DNA of 64,000 nt from positions 21,960,464-22,024,463 of the forward strand of contig NC_043011.1 of assembly GCF_006345805.1 (NCBI RefSeq), given 5' to 3'. The position numbers and the translations under genes are program-made. The notes under the pieces are model-generated. The model was not told the origin of the DNA. It saw only the letters and a program-made list of their open reading frames with translations, and searched no databases. Below are positions 27,820 to 40,771 of the stretch, in pieces. This stretch comes from Octopus sinensis (taxonomy: Eukaryota). How positions within the stretch are numbered: position 1 is the stretch's first letter; every line of letters begins with the position of its first letter.

Positions 27820-30800
27820 ATATATATATTAGTGACAGAGGCAGTATTAATACTAAGCAGTAATATTTATCCCCAGTTAAATGTAAATGTTTTGTTTGAA
27901 CAAACTATACTACAGCAGTTAGGATGAGAAGAACTCTCATACTGGCTTTTGCACCAAAAGCCAATATCTGAATTTCTCTCATGATAACCTACTGCAGCAT
28001 AGTTTGTTCTAATAGAACATCCACATTTAAGTGGAGATAAATAATATATACATAATGCTATAGCCCAGGCCAACCAATTCTTATGAGTGGATTTGGTTGA
28101 CAGAAACTGAAAGATGCTTTGTGGGTTGGGAGTGTCTTTGTGTTTGTTTTTGTCCTTCTCTTGTTTGTTGGTTTGTTTACATCCCTGTACCTTAGCTGAT
28201 AGAATACATACCAGACTTAAAAATAAAAGTATTAAGGTCAATTTATTCAACAAAATGCTTCAGGGCAGTGTCCCAGCATTACTGTAGTCCAATGACTGAA
28301 ACAAAAGGTTTAAGAGAAGCAGTATTGTCATTTGAAATAAATTTTCTTTCTGCATTTCAGTATGATGATATCCTGGAACTCCTGGAATCATTCGAACGAA
28401 TGTCAATTTCTGCGTTGTATCGCAAATATCGACCAGATGTTCCCCTGCAGTCTAATTACTCCAGATGGTAAGTTCTGATAAATATTCCTTTCGTGTTCAA
28501 AATCGCCCTGAATTCACAATAATAAATGAAGGGTCAAAAATTCTACATGGAAACAAGGTTTTTAGGTGCTGGTGTGGCTGTGTGGTAAGAAACTTGCTTC
28601 CCTGACATGTGATTTGGGTTCAGTCCCATTCTGTGGCACCTTGTGCAAATGTCTTTTTGTATAAGCCTTGAGTTGACCAAAGCCAAAAGTTGGTAGACAG
28701 AAACTGATGAAAGCCCATTGTAGGTGTGTGTGTGTTTGGCTCCCACCAGTATTGGTTTGTTTATGACCCCATAACCTAGCAGTTCAGTAACAGAAACCAG
28801 TAGAATAATTACTGGGGTAGAGCTGATCAACTAAACCCTTCAATGTGGTGTCCCAGCATGGCCACAGTCCAATAACTGAAGCAAGTAAAAGGTATATGAT
28901 AAAAGCTAAAAGACAACTGGCCTCTTAAAATTAATTTGCGTCTTATAAACTGTCTTTTATAGTTAATAGGAACCAATCAGGTAGGAATTGTTTCTTAAAC
29001 CTATTACTCGGAACACTTAGAAAAAGCAATTAAATTGATAATTAACGTGAACTAAGTTACTAATGTTGCCTGGAGAGCACTAGGGTATATATTACTATAT
29101 ATACTAGGTGCAGGTATGGCTATGTGGTAAGAAGCTTGTGTGTGTGTCTTTGTGTCTGTGTTAGTCTCCCCATCACTACTTGACAACCGGTGTTGGTGTA
29201 TTTACATCCCCGTAACTTAGCAGTTCGGCAAACAATATCAATAGAATAAGTATCAGGCTTAAAAAATAATGTACAGGGCTTAATTCATTCAGCTAAAAAT
29301 TCTTCAAGGCAGTGCCCCAGCATGGCCACAATCTAATAACTGAAACCAGTAAAAGATAAAAGATGCTGGCACATGATTTCCTTTTTTATATTCTTAAAGT
29401 TAACCAAAAATTGTTACGTGCCTAATGCAAATATATTATGGAAGAGTTACCAAGTGTGTGATGAAGCATATTAAATTCTTTTTCTCACAAAATATACCTA
29501 TAAAATAGGGGTGCATCTTGTGTGAGAGTGCATCTTATTATACAATGGCAAATATAGTAAAAAAAAAACTTTCTTTATTCTTACAGGTGGAGATATGCTT
29601 ATGAATGCATTTTGGAGGAAACTGTTCGACGTCGAAGAAAGATGTTTTCCTGGACTCACATAATAAATCACAGAACTATAATGAAACAATACAAGGAAGC
29701 TTACGTTAAGAAACTCTCTCAGAAATCAGTTGCATCAAGCGTTTCAAAAACTATTGAGGTTAGATATGTATATTAATCAATAGCAAGTGTCTTATTTGGT
29801 CATGATAACTAACATATATAATAATGAAGAATTTGTTTTAATAACTGTTATTATAGAACTAGTGTTTAGAACATAAATTAACCTGAAATTTTGAATGAAG
29901 ATTTTAAAACGGAGTTTGTGCTGTAAGTTCAGGGGTAGTTTCAAGTGGATTGATATCAAAAGGGTTGATATTTTTTTCTAACACAACTATAAATCTGCTC
30001 TAATTTGTGACATTATCATTGTTTTGTTGGGTTTTCCTTTTTTTTTTTTCAAATATAATGAAGATTGATTTGTTCTATATATTTTGTACACTTTTATGAA
30101 TTATTGAAGCTAAATCGTTTTTTAAGAGCAATTACTGTACATCTTTAATTTATTTTTTTAGATGAATTACTGCTAGAGTTTAAGATCATACAATTCTATT
30201 TTCTACAGTGAATTTCACTTGGTGTATTACTCAATCATCTTTATGCATCCTTTTCTTACATATAGATGTATCCCTTGTTAAGTGAGAGCTCTATTTTTTT
30301 AAACCTAATACCAACATCAACATATTATGGTTGCTATTACAGAAATGAAATTAAATATTCCCACATTCGATTAGTAATTGACCTTATGGCTGTGGGATAA
30401 AACTCTGTTTTGAAATAAGTTTTGGACTTTTTACAAAGTGCACTCAAAAAGTGTCCAACCTTTGGGCATTCAAAATACCTGCCTTGGGAGTTCACACACT
30501 TCTGTGTAGTTTTGCCACTGCTGGTAACATCTAGAGGAAGCCTTCTCTGGAATGATATGAAGCTCTACTGTTACTTTTCTCATAATTTCTTGTGACTCGA
30601 ATCAGTTCCCTTCCAGTGTAGATTTCAGTTTGGGGGAAGAGCCTGAAGTTACACAGTGCCAAGTTGAGAGAGTAGGAAACCTGTCAAACAGGTGGTGTGT
30701 TGTTCTTGACCAGGAAAGCTTGGATTATGTGGGTGGAACGAGCAGACACATTGTTGTGATGAAGTTTCTAATTCTTCACCACTCACATGTCCGGCTACTT

Positions 30801-33800
30801 TCAACACATGGCATCACAAAGGCAACATATAACTTCCAGGCTGTATTCCTTATTGATTATTTGCATTATGTTGCATATTCATGATGCACAATACCAACAG
30901 ATTAAAAAAAAACAGGTCAACAGTACCTTCACATTGCTGTGAACCTGTCAGGCTTTTATGAGCCTTGTTGATGATGGATGCTTTCATTGGGAGGACTGGA
31001 ACTTGGTTTCTGGGTCATAACTATAAACCCTTGTTTCATCACCAGTGATGATATTCTTCATGAAGTCTAGGTTATGGTTTGCACAGTCCAGCATGTCCTG
31101 AGCAATTTCCATGCAGAGTTGCTTCTGCTGCTCTGCCAGCACCTTGGGGAAGAATTTCGCCAACATTCTCTGCATGTACAAATCCTCCATTAAAATGGAA
31201 TGCACTGAAGAGCCAACCATAATGTGTCTTTCCATTAGATATTATATTCACTATATAGGAAAGAAATATTAGTTTCTCTGCATCTGTCTTCTAATGATTA
31301 TCAACTTCATTGACAAAAAGGAATTTTATGTGATGTACATATTTGTTATGAAATTGGATTGTGTATTTATAAAGAATAACAACCAGCAACAAAGGATGGG
31401 GTTAGTCTTGATGGCCTCATGACCATCTTAATGCTCCTCTTGGCTTCCTTTTTTAGGTAATAGTTTACAGGCAGATGTCCTTTCTGTTGCCAATCCTTTT
31501 AGTTGCCTCTTGTGATGAAAGGGTTCAGTATACCAATTCTAAAATCAGTATACACAATATGATTCCTTATCTAAAGCTAGAATAGTATTTTATTATCTTA
31601 ATGCTGTTTCTTTTCTTTCTTAATAATCAATGATTATTAATTTCATTTCAGGAATCAGAAAAATATCTGGATATCTTTTGTATCCTTCTGATGAGACAAA
31701 AAGCAGAAGTAGAGGTAAGTTTCACCCTTCTGACCTAGAAGTTTCTTTCTTTTAAACATAATCACAAGATTGTAAGGAATGCCAAAGAATAATGTAAGAC
31801 ACCTACATTGCCTTCAAATTAATATTGATTCCTCTTTAGAAATATATTTTTCTGTCTTGTTCTTCTAACATCTAATTAATTCTGTTGCCAAATTATTTTT
31901 TTTTCAGTCACCTAAAGAAGGCTACATAACACAAGATCAATATTAGTATTGCTTTTGTGTAATATAGTCAACAGCAGTCCTTCTCTTGCAGTATTTATTG
32001 ATGTCACTGATATAGAGCTTAATGAAATAGCGACTTTCAAAGCTACCAATGCAGATTATCCTAAAAACGTTTCAGGCCTAAAGTTGTTGAACTAATTGTA
32101 AAACTTCAATTCAATTTAGCAAATACAATTCAAGAACTTTCTGTTAATCCTCCTACTTATGGATTTTGACTTGATAACTTTTATTGGTGACCCTTCTTAA
32201 CATTAGACATTTCATTTCATATAACTTATATATATCTTACATTTATTTCTTCATTCCTTGTCTTTTTATTAGAAACTTACATATTCCCAAGACCTACTCT
32301 CTTATTTCACTTGTAGATTATGTATGACCTTCCATTTGTCTCTAACTTTGTCTCATTCTGATTTCACTTGGAATCTTAGATTTTTACCAGTAATTCTGAT
32401 TTCAGCATTAGGTAAATAAGTGTATAAGTAATGTTTAATGATGGCAAATTACTGTTGATTCAGGATCAAAATGAACATCCATTTGCTTTCCTCATCATAT
32501 TCATGTTGAAAAATCCTACTCCCTGACTATGGAAAACTTTTTTTAATTCATCAAACCTTCTAAGTTTTGATGAATTAACATCAGAGATCAAGAAATCAAT
32601 ATTATTAAAATTAGTTTCATAATATTTATCATCTTGTCTTTTGCTACTTTTTCTTCTAATTCTCTAAAAAATATTTTTTTATGAAATTTATGTCTGTATG
32701 AGTTAGAGGTTAAGTAACCATCTAAGGGATAGTAAATATTCAATATACTACTGGATGTATACCTACATATTTATATCCAAGTGCAGGACAATATCGCAAT
32801 TGAATACTAGGTATGGGTGGGGATAAAACAGAAATTTACCCAGGATTTATAAGGCAAATAAGAAAAAGGAGAAGGTAAACAATCGGCAAACATCAGCCTG
32901 TAAACATTCGATTATATCTAATTTATTAATTGATTACAATCATGTGTATAAGTGATCCAAATAAATGAATGAAATAAGCAAGTAAATAAGTAAACAAATA
33001 GATGAATAAAGATAAACGAATAAGAATAAATGAGTAAACAAATACTAAACTCTTACAGCTGTTTCTACCATGGGTTTCCGACTCTGCCAAGTTTTCCACA
33101 TCATGCAAGTGATATCCAGGGATTTTACAAAGGTTGTGCCGGTGGCACATAAAAGGCACCATCCAAACGTGGCCAATGCCAGCGCCGCCTTGACTGGCTT
33201 CCGTGCCGGTGGCACATTAAAAGCACCAACCAATCGTGGCCGATGCCTGACTCCCCTGGCACCTGTGCCGGTGGTACGTAAAAAGCACCCACTACACTTG
33301 CGGAGTGGTTGGCGTTAGGAAGGGCATCCAGCTGTAGAAACACTGCCAGATCAGACTGGAGCCTGGTGCAGCCCCTGGCTTCCCAGACCCCGGTCGAACC
33401 GTCCAACCCATGCTAGTGCGGAAAACAGACGTTAAACGATGATGATGAACAAACGTTGGACAGGGGTTAGACAATGATTGAGCCCAAACGCTTCATCAGA
33501 GAGATGATGAATCTAACATGTGAAGAAGTAGGGTAAAATAATAAAAATAAAATAACATAATATAAATAGTAAGGAATGGTAAGAACGTCAATTCTAAGGT
33601 GATATCATAATCCATGGGATTACATCTTATGGTAAAGAAAGTCACTTCCAGGAGTAATTTCCGCAGGTTATGAGAGTTACATCGTATTTCAATTTTACTG
33701 GGGAAATAACAAGGGTAAGACGTTGTGGAGTGAGTTTAATGGAATGGTCCATATCACAGGGATTAGAAGTTAGTGGCTAACTGCTATTTAATAGAGCATC

Positions 33801-36800
33801 ATAAAAGGAATTGGCAAAGTTAACTTAATGTGAACCTGTTTGGGGAAATTCAGTACGTATGTACATCAATGAAAGAAAAAATAGGTAAAACTTAGATATA
33901 ATTGAATGTTTACAGGCTGATGTTTGTCGATTGTTTATCCACTCCTTTTTTTTTTTTTTGCCTTTTTATGAAATTCCTATCTCCACTAGATATTTATGTA
34001 CAAGTAAAATAAAATATTTTAAGCAATCTTGATAATATAGTTTTACTCTCTACAAAAGATCAAATTGAAAAGAGAGGACAAAATACTAAGGTTTTTGATT
34101 GATTATGTGCTAATATGTTATCTAGGGTCGATTTGCTTGACTATAGGCGGTGCTCCAGTATGGCCACAGTCAAACGACTGAAACAAGTAAAAGAGTAGAG
34201 ACAGACTAAACTCTCTTAATAGTTATTTCTACTGTGCACTGTTTTAATGTATGAGTAACAGCTTCTGTTTTACTGCAAAATATTTTCAATGTTAGAATTT
34301 TCATTTTTCATTCTATACCTTTTATTCGTTGCTTAATGAATATGTGGAAGAGACAATAAAATGCAAAAAAGGAATTTAGAAAACATCTTGTTTTAGGACT
34401 GATTTTAATCTTCATTATTATGGAGAAAACCTTTAAGCATATTTTCTTCGTGTTCATGGAAGGTCTAACCCTCTAGCATTTAAAGCAGCTACACTCAGCC
34501 GAAATATACTACCTGTTCTATGATCAAACTGGCCAGATCTGGCCTCTCACACCAACCCTTCAGTATCATTCTAAAAATTAAGTTATCCCTTCAAAATCTC
34601 AATGCCACAACATAATGCAGGATTAATATAAAACTGAGAATAAATAAGCATTACTTCTGACAGAAAAATGTGAATGCAAAAGGGTTCAGTAGTTTCCTTG
34701 ATGTAACCATAATGTGAAGAATTAAGGTTTCTTTTCAAATTACACCTTTTTTAAAGCCTGCAAGACTTCATTAACTGGAGAAAACTTTCTTTTAAAGGCT
34801 GCCAAACTAGAAATTGTCAAAGCCAACCAGAAGAGTAAAGGGTGGTTTGGAGGCTGGTTTAGCTCTGAAGCATCAAGTCCACAAAGACATGAGAGCAAAG
34901 GAATACGTAAGCTTTTATTTTATTTTTAATTCCTTTTCTTTTTCAGTAGTGTCTCAAGTATTGTATGTCAAGTGTTGTATCACCCTGCAAATGTTGCTTT
35001 ACATTTTGCGATAAAAACGATAAACGATAAATGTTGTCCTTTTCGAGCCTAGCCAGGTTCATGGGCCCGGTTTCCAGGTTTCTGTGGCATACGTGTTCCC
35101 CCTAGCTGGACGGGACACCAGTCCTTCGCAGCATTACTCAAGAAACAGGATGAGAGAGTGAGAGAAAGTTGTGATGAAAGAGTACAACAGGGGTCGCCAC
35201 CACCCCCTGCCAGAGCCTCGTGGAGCTTTTAGGTGTTTTTGCTCAATAAACATACACAACGCCCAGTCTGGGAATCGAAACCGCGATCCTCCGACAGCAA
35301 GTCCGCTGCCTTAACCACTGGGCCATTGCGCGTCCATACATTTTGCGTTAGCGCATTTAAATTTTTAACCATTCTCTAAATGAGAATTTGCTACTGATTT
35401 GTGTGAAGAGCTGACTGAGACTTTACCTTCATTCACTAAACATGTAGGTTTCAGCCCTACGATAAGTAAACCTGAAAAATATATTCCATAAGAGCATCAA
35501 AGCAAATGTTGGAATAGAAGGCTGTAAAAGTTAAAGTTACCAAAAGAAAACATGATCAGATAATATTCAAATTAATATATATCTATTTTCTATACATTAG
35601 AAAATAAAGGAAAGGTAAACATTTAATGAAGCTAATAGATTACAGCAGTTGTTCTCTTAATAATTGTCTGAATTTGTAAGTATTTTGGTCAATGGAACAT
35701 TGGTCAGTGAACTACTAGTATAAGACAAATCATATCATGTCCATCCATCCATCTTTTTTGCCCATTATTCTTGGAAGTGTCATGAGAGTAAAACCTTCAG
35801 GCACCTCCTCCATAAGGTCCTATCAGAAGCAACTGTCATTACGCTTTCCAGCTGGATTCCCAAGAATGACCAACAAAGACTATCGATACCATCCAACCAT
35901 CTCATTCTTAATTTTCCTCCCAGTTTTCCTCCCTTATTTTCTAGGGGAAAAATATTTGTTTCAGCTTTATTGAACCTATGAGACAGATGAAGATTTTAAA
36001 ATCCTTAAAAACATCTGTCACATAGGCTTAGGGCTTTAGATACATTGAGGAACAACATAAAAACTATGTACAGTTCATGATTTCTTCAAAACAATTCTAA
36101 CCAGGAGCTTGCTTCTACTAAATTTTGTTTACCATAAAATTATTAATCTTTCCAAGTACCTTCATTCAGATATTATTCAGTTTGTTTTAGTTAATCAATT
36201 GAAAACTTGCTTGGTTCCTCTCAGGAAAAGTAATCCTGAGCCAACATGTAAATATTTGAATATGCACAACCATCAACTTATACAAAATAACATATGTAAA
36301 AATATTTAAATAGAAATAATACTGCTGGAATGATTTTCTTTTAGACTTCATCTATTTTGTAAAATGTGGAGGCGCAATGGCCCAGTGGTTAGGGCAGCGG
36401 ACTCGCGGTCATAGGATCGCGGTTTCGATTCCCAGACCGGGTGTTGTGAGTGTTTATTGAGCGAAAACACCTAAAGCTCCACGAGGCTCCAGCAGGGATG
36501 GTGGTGATCCCTGCTGTACTCTTTCACCACAACTTTCTCTCACTCTTACTTCCTGTTTCTATTGTACCCGTATTTCAAAGGGCCGGCCTTGTCACTCTCT
36601 GTGTCACGCTGAATATCCCCGAGAACTACGTTAAGGGTACACGTGTCTGTGGCTCAGCCACTTACACGTTAATTTCACGAGCAGGCTGTTCCATTGATCG
36701 GATCAACCGGAACCCTCGTCGTCGTAACCGACGGAGTGCTTCCATTTTGTAAAATATTATTTTGAACAGTTTGGTATATTTTTGTCAGACTTTACCTTTA

Positions 36801-39800
36801 TGTAAATATGTTCAAACTGAAATTGAATGCACAAGGTTTCATTTCATGTAGTAGACCAGTGTTGCTCAAAAGAGATGAGTAGGGGGAGGGGCTGAGGGAT
36901 TGAAAGGTGGATCAACAAATTGCTTTGTTTTATAAAATTACTATGGATTTTGACTTTTTAAACTTTTCAAAGGCATGGTGAACTAAAAAGAATTAAATGC
37001 ATGCAGAGACTGTACTTAGACCCCATATTAATAGTGATGGAGTGGACATTGGATTGAAGATTCATTCATAAATTTCCTTTTGTTGAGGTGGAGTTGATAT
37101 TTCTCAGTTTGAGAACCAGTTTCTTTAGAGCATGCTTTATTATATGGGATTAAACCCCTGTGTGGAAGCAGTCCATTGGAATCATGTGCAAACTGGTTTG
37201 TGAATCCAGTCCCAGTTTGAACACATGTACAAAAACATAAAATTTATTAAGTCAATGGGATGGATTACAATGTGGTTGCTCGACCTGTTAGAAATAGCAA
37301 CCAAATCTCACTCAAAATCACTTAAAAGGAAGAACCCTTTCAAGAATTTAGTCTAGATATATCAGAAACATGTGGTGTTCATGGATCAATTGCTTTTGAT
37401 CATGGGTTTGGCCAGTCAGGTCCAACTTAGAGTTAAACAACAACATAACAAATATGTGCCCTGTTGGCAAATGCAGACCAAACTGTTGAAAACTTGTTCA
37501 ACAGCCAAAAATGTTATTCTATTGATTTTAAAACATTTGGCAGTGATAACACTGATGTCTTTGACATGTTCTGTTCTTTGTAGAGGATCAGTTCTATGAA
37601 TTGTACACACCTGAAGAAAAGGCCCGTCTCTACAATGCCATTGGTTATGAAGAAAATGTGAATGAAGGCATTTTCCCAAAAGAGGTAATGTTTTCAATTT
37701 ATTGCATTAGCGTTTGTTTTAGGGGGAAATGAAAAGAAAAGTGTTTCTCTTGATCCAATCTTGTTAGCTATATTTTTGCTCTAACTCCTAATCTGCATTG
37801 AATGATCATGTAAGTGTATGCTTGTATAGATGTATATGCAGTTTGATGGACCTAATCAATTTTGATTAACATATCTGTTACAAGATATCTTCACAAGCAT
37901 TCAAAAATCAATACTGGCTAATGATTGAAGAGCAGTGCATGAAAGAAACTACATTTATTTGATGTAAATAATATCTAAATTTGCTAAACTCAGTTGGGTG
38001 TTTAAATGGATTGTTTAAAGAAGTCCATTCTTAAAAATACTATTTTTTTAAAGATGAGTGTGTGTGAGAGAGAGGGGGTGGGAGAGCAATAACTAATGCA
38101 AAAAAAAAATGTTTTGTTCAGAACCACTTTGAATATTTCCATTAAAGTATCATTTCAATATTAAACTTCAGTACATTGCTGTCCAATTGGTCACCAAGTT
38201 GAACTGTCTAGCTGTTGTTATCAAAGATGATGACAAAAAGTAAGAAACCATTTTTTCCCTTCAATCTTTTCATGCAATTTTGCTTGAAGATTTGTGATAT
38301 GCTTTTCTCAATATCTTCAACTTATTTCAATGAAATTGATTTAAATGCCAATACAGAGTTGTCTACACTATGCAGTTAATATTATTGTAATTTTTTTTTT
38401 ACCTTTTTAACAGTCACTTTGATATTATGAAGCTGCAGCTGAATGAAGTGTTTTCGTCTGTATCCCAGAGGCCATCTGCTAATGCCATTTTGTAAGTATT
38501 TTGCATCTTTTATTTTAATGTCCATTATTTAACTCGACTATTTGTAGTAGTTTAGAAATAATTCTAGAATCATTCCTGGGAATGAAATTCAATTTAGATT
38601 TCATTTGTAATCCAAACCAGGCAACAGTATAACATAATATACTAAGCATGGTATTCATGCCAGTCACTAAATATTTATGATTATCACAATTGATAATTTA
38701 ACAAATTGGTCTTCTAAAATGTTTATATTCTAAACTATTTTAAGAAATAGTTGATTATTTACATGAAATTATTTTATTTTCTAAAAGTTCATTTAGAATT
38801 GGCTTTTTCATGTACTGTAAAAGGAGTGTTAAATATTTTATAAGACCTTTATTAGCTAATCATCCTTTTACATATATTTTCCATATTTGCATGGGTTTGT
38901 TAGGTCTTTTCTAGTACAATATTTTGTCACATATTATGGTCCCTTGTAATTTCCTTTGTGATGTTATGACTCTTGAACACAGCCTTCACCATTTCTCGTG
39001 TCATTCATATCCTCCTCCTTCTGTGGGTGCCATCCACTCAGATCACTTGACACTTAATTACCTAACTCTAATTTTCATACACATAACATGTGTCCAATGA
39101 AAGCATGTGGCTTGGTGGTTAGAGTTTTTGACTATCAATCATAAGGTTGTGAGTTCATTATTGGTGGCACATTGTATACTTGAACAAGACCGAGCTGGCA
39201 GAAACATTAGCGCGTCCTGCGCTATGCTTAGCGGTATTTCGTCTGTCTCTATGTTCTGAGTTCAAATTTCGCTGAGGTCGACTTTGCCTTTAATCCTTTG
39301 GGGGTGGGGGGGGCAATATATTAAGTACCAGTTGCGTACTGAGTCGATCTAATCGAGTGGTCCCCTCCCCCAAAATTTCGGACCTTGTGTCTAGAGTAGA
39401 AACGAATATTGTCATATGGGTAGTTTATTTTCCTTTTAACGGCGGTGCATCAGCATGGCTGCAGCTCTGAGCTGAAACTAGAAAAGAAAAAAAAAAAAAG
39501 ACCCTTTATTCCATGTTGCTCCAATCCACTCAGCTGGAAAAAATGCGCAGTACCTTTATTTCAAAGGCCAGCATTGTCACTTTCTGTATCATGCTGAATC
39601 TCCCTGAGAACTAAGAGAACTCCACATGTCTGTGGAGCTCTTGGCCACTTGCATGTTGTGAACATATGTGGCTTAGTGGTTAGGGCTTTGGGCTCATGGT
39701 CATAAGGTCATGAGTTCAATTCCTGGCAGTATGTTATGTCCTTGAGCAAGATACTTCATTTCTACTCTAACTTTTCAATAACCCTTTCAGAATTGATTTT

Positions 39801-40737
39801 GAAATTACCATTTAGTTGCATATTTATCTCATTATAGCACTATACTGATATGTCTGTTCACCAAAACATTACATGAAATGATGGCAATGCATTAGGAATT
39901 TGACTAATTTAACAGAAAGTTTTAGCTTCCTCTCCGGCAATTTGCCCCACTTTCTGTTGTAAACGTAACACTAATATATAGAGCTGTACAAAAGCAAGAG
40001 ATTACAAAACTCCAACTATGTTAATGCTAATGCGATATCACTTGGGATCAAAATAACTACGTTGTGAGGCATTTTTTATTGTTAGCTTGACCTGTAGGTA
40101 GCAAACCTTATCATGGAGCAAGTAAAATTTGATTAAATATTTGTATTATATCAGTTATACTAAGATGGCGAGCAAACAGAATTCTTAGCACACTAGGAAA
40201 ACTGCTTAGCAGCATTTCATCCATCTTTACATTCTGAGTTCAAATTCTGCTGAGATCGACATTGCCTTTCATCCTTTTGGGGTCAATAAAATGAGTACAA
40301 GTTGAACACTGGGGTCAATGTAATCAAGTAGCCTCCTTCCCCAAAATAGCTGGCCTTGTGCCAGAATTGAAACCGTTATATTAGTCATACACTTACTGAT
40401 AATTTAGTCTAACAGGCTGTTAATGTTTAATCTCTCTTTGACTTTTATTCTCAGAGTCAATACTTCTATGAAGCAACTGACGATATTTGGGTCACCACAA
40501 AACAAACTCGTCCCAAAAATGATGAACTCAAAGATGACTGAAGGTGATTCATCTCCTCTGTTGTCCGTCAAATTTGAAACCAATCCTCTTGATGGTAGCT
40601 GTGATACTAGAGTTAGTGTGAATGCTGAGCCTCTACAGATAATCTATGATGCTGTAAGTTATCTTTTAAATCTTATTTGTTATTAGAAATTTAATTAATT
40701 ATATGTTCATCTCTCTCTCTCTCTCTCCTTCCTCTTT

Positions 40738-40771
<34 letters not shown>

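Noticed and set aside
25824-27927. Long ORFs of 290-651 aa
   Set aside because: They are translations of a TA/TG microsatellite, which rarely forms stop codons; there is no domain content
36366-36445. Possible tRNA gene (also heads at 6017, 35260-35336 and 51472)
   Set aside because: A and B boxes are present but there is no closing acceptor stem; each continues into a SINE body, with TSDs in the family C copies
36878-36910. G-quadruplex candidate
   Set aside because: Only three runs of three or more G
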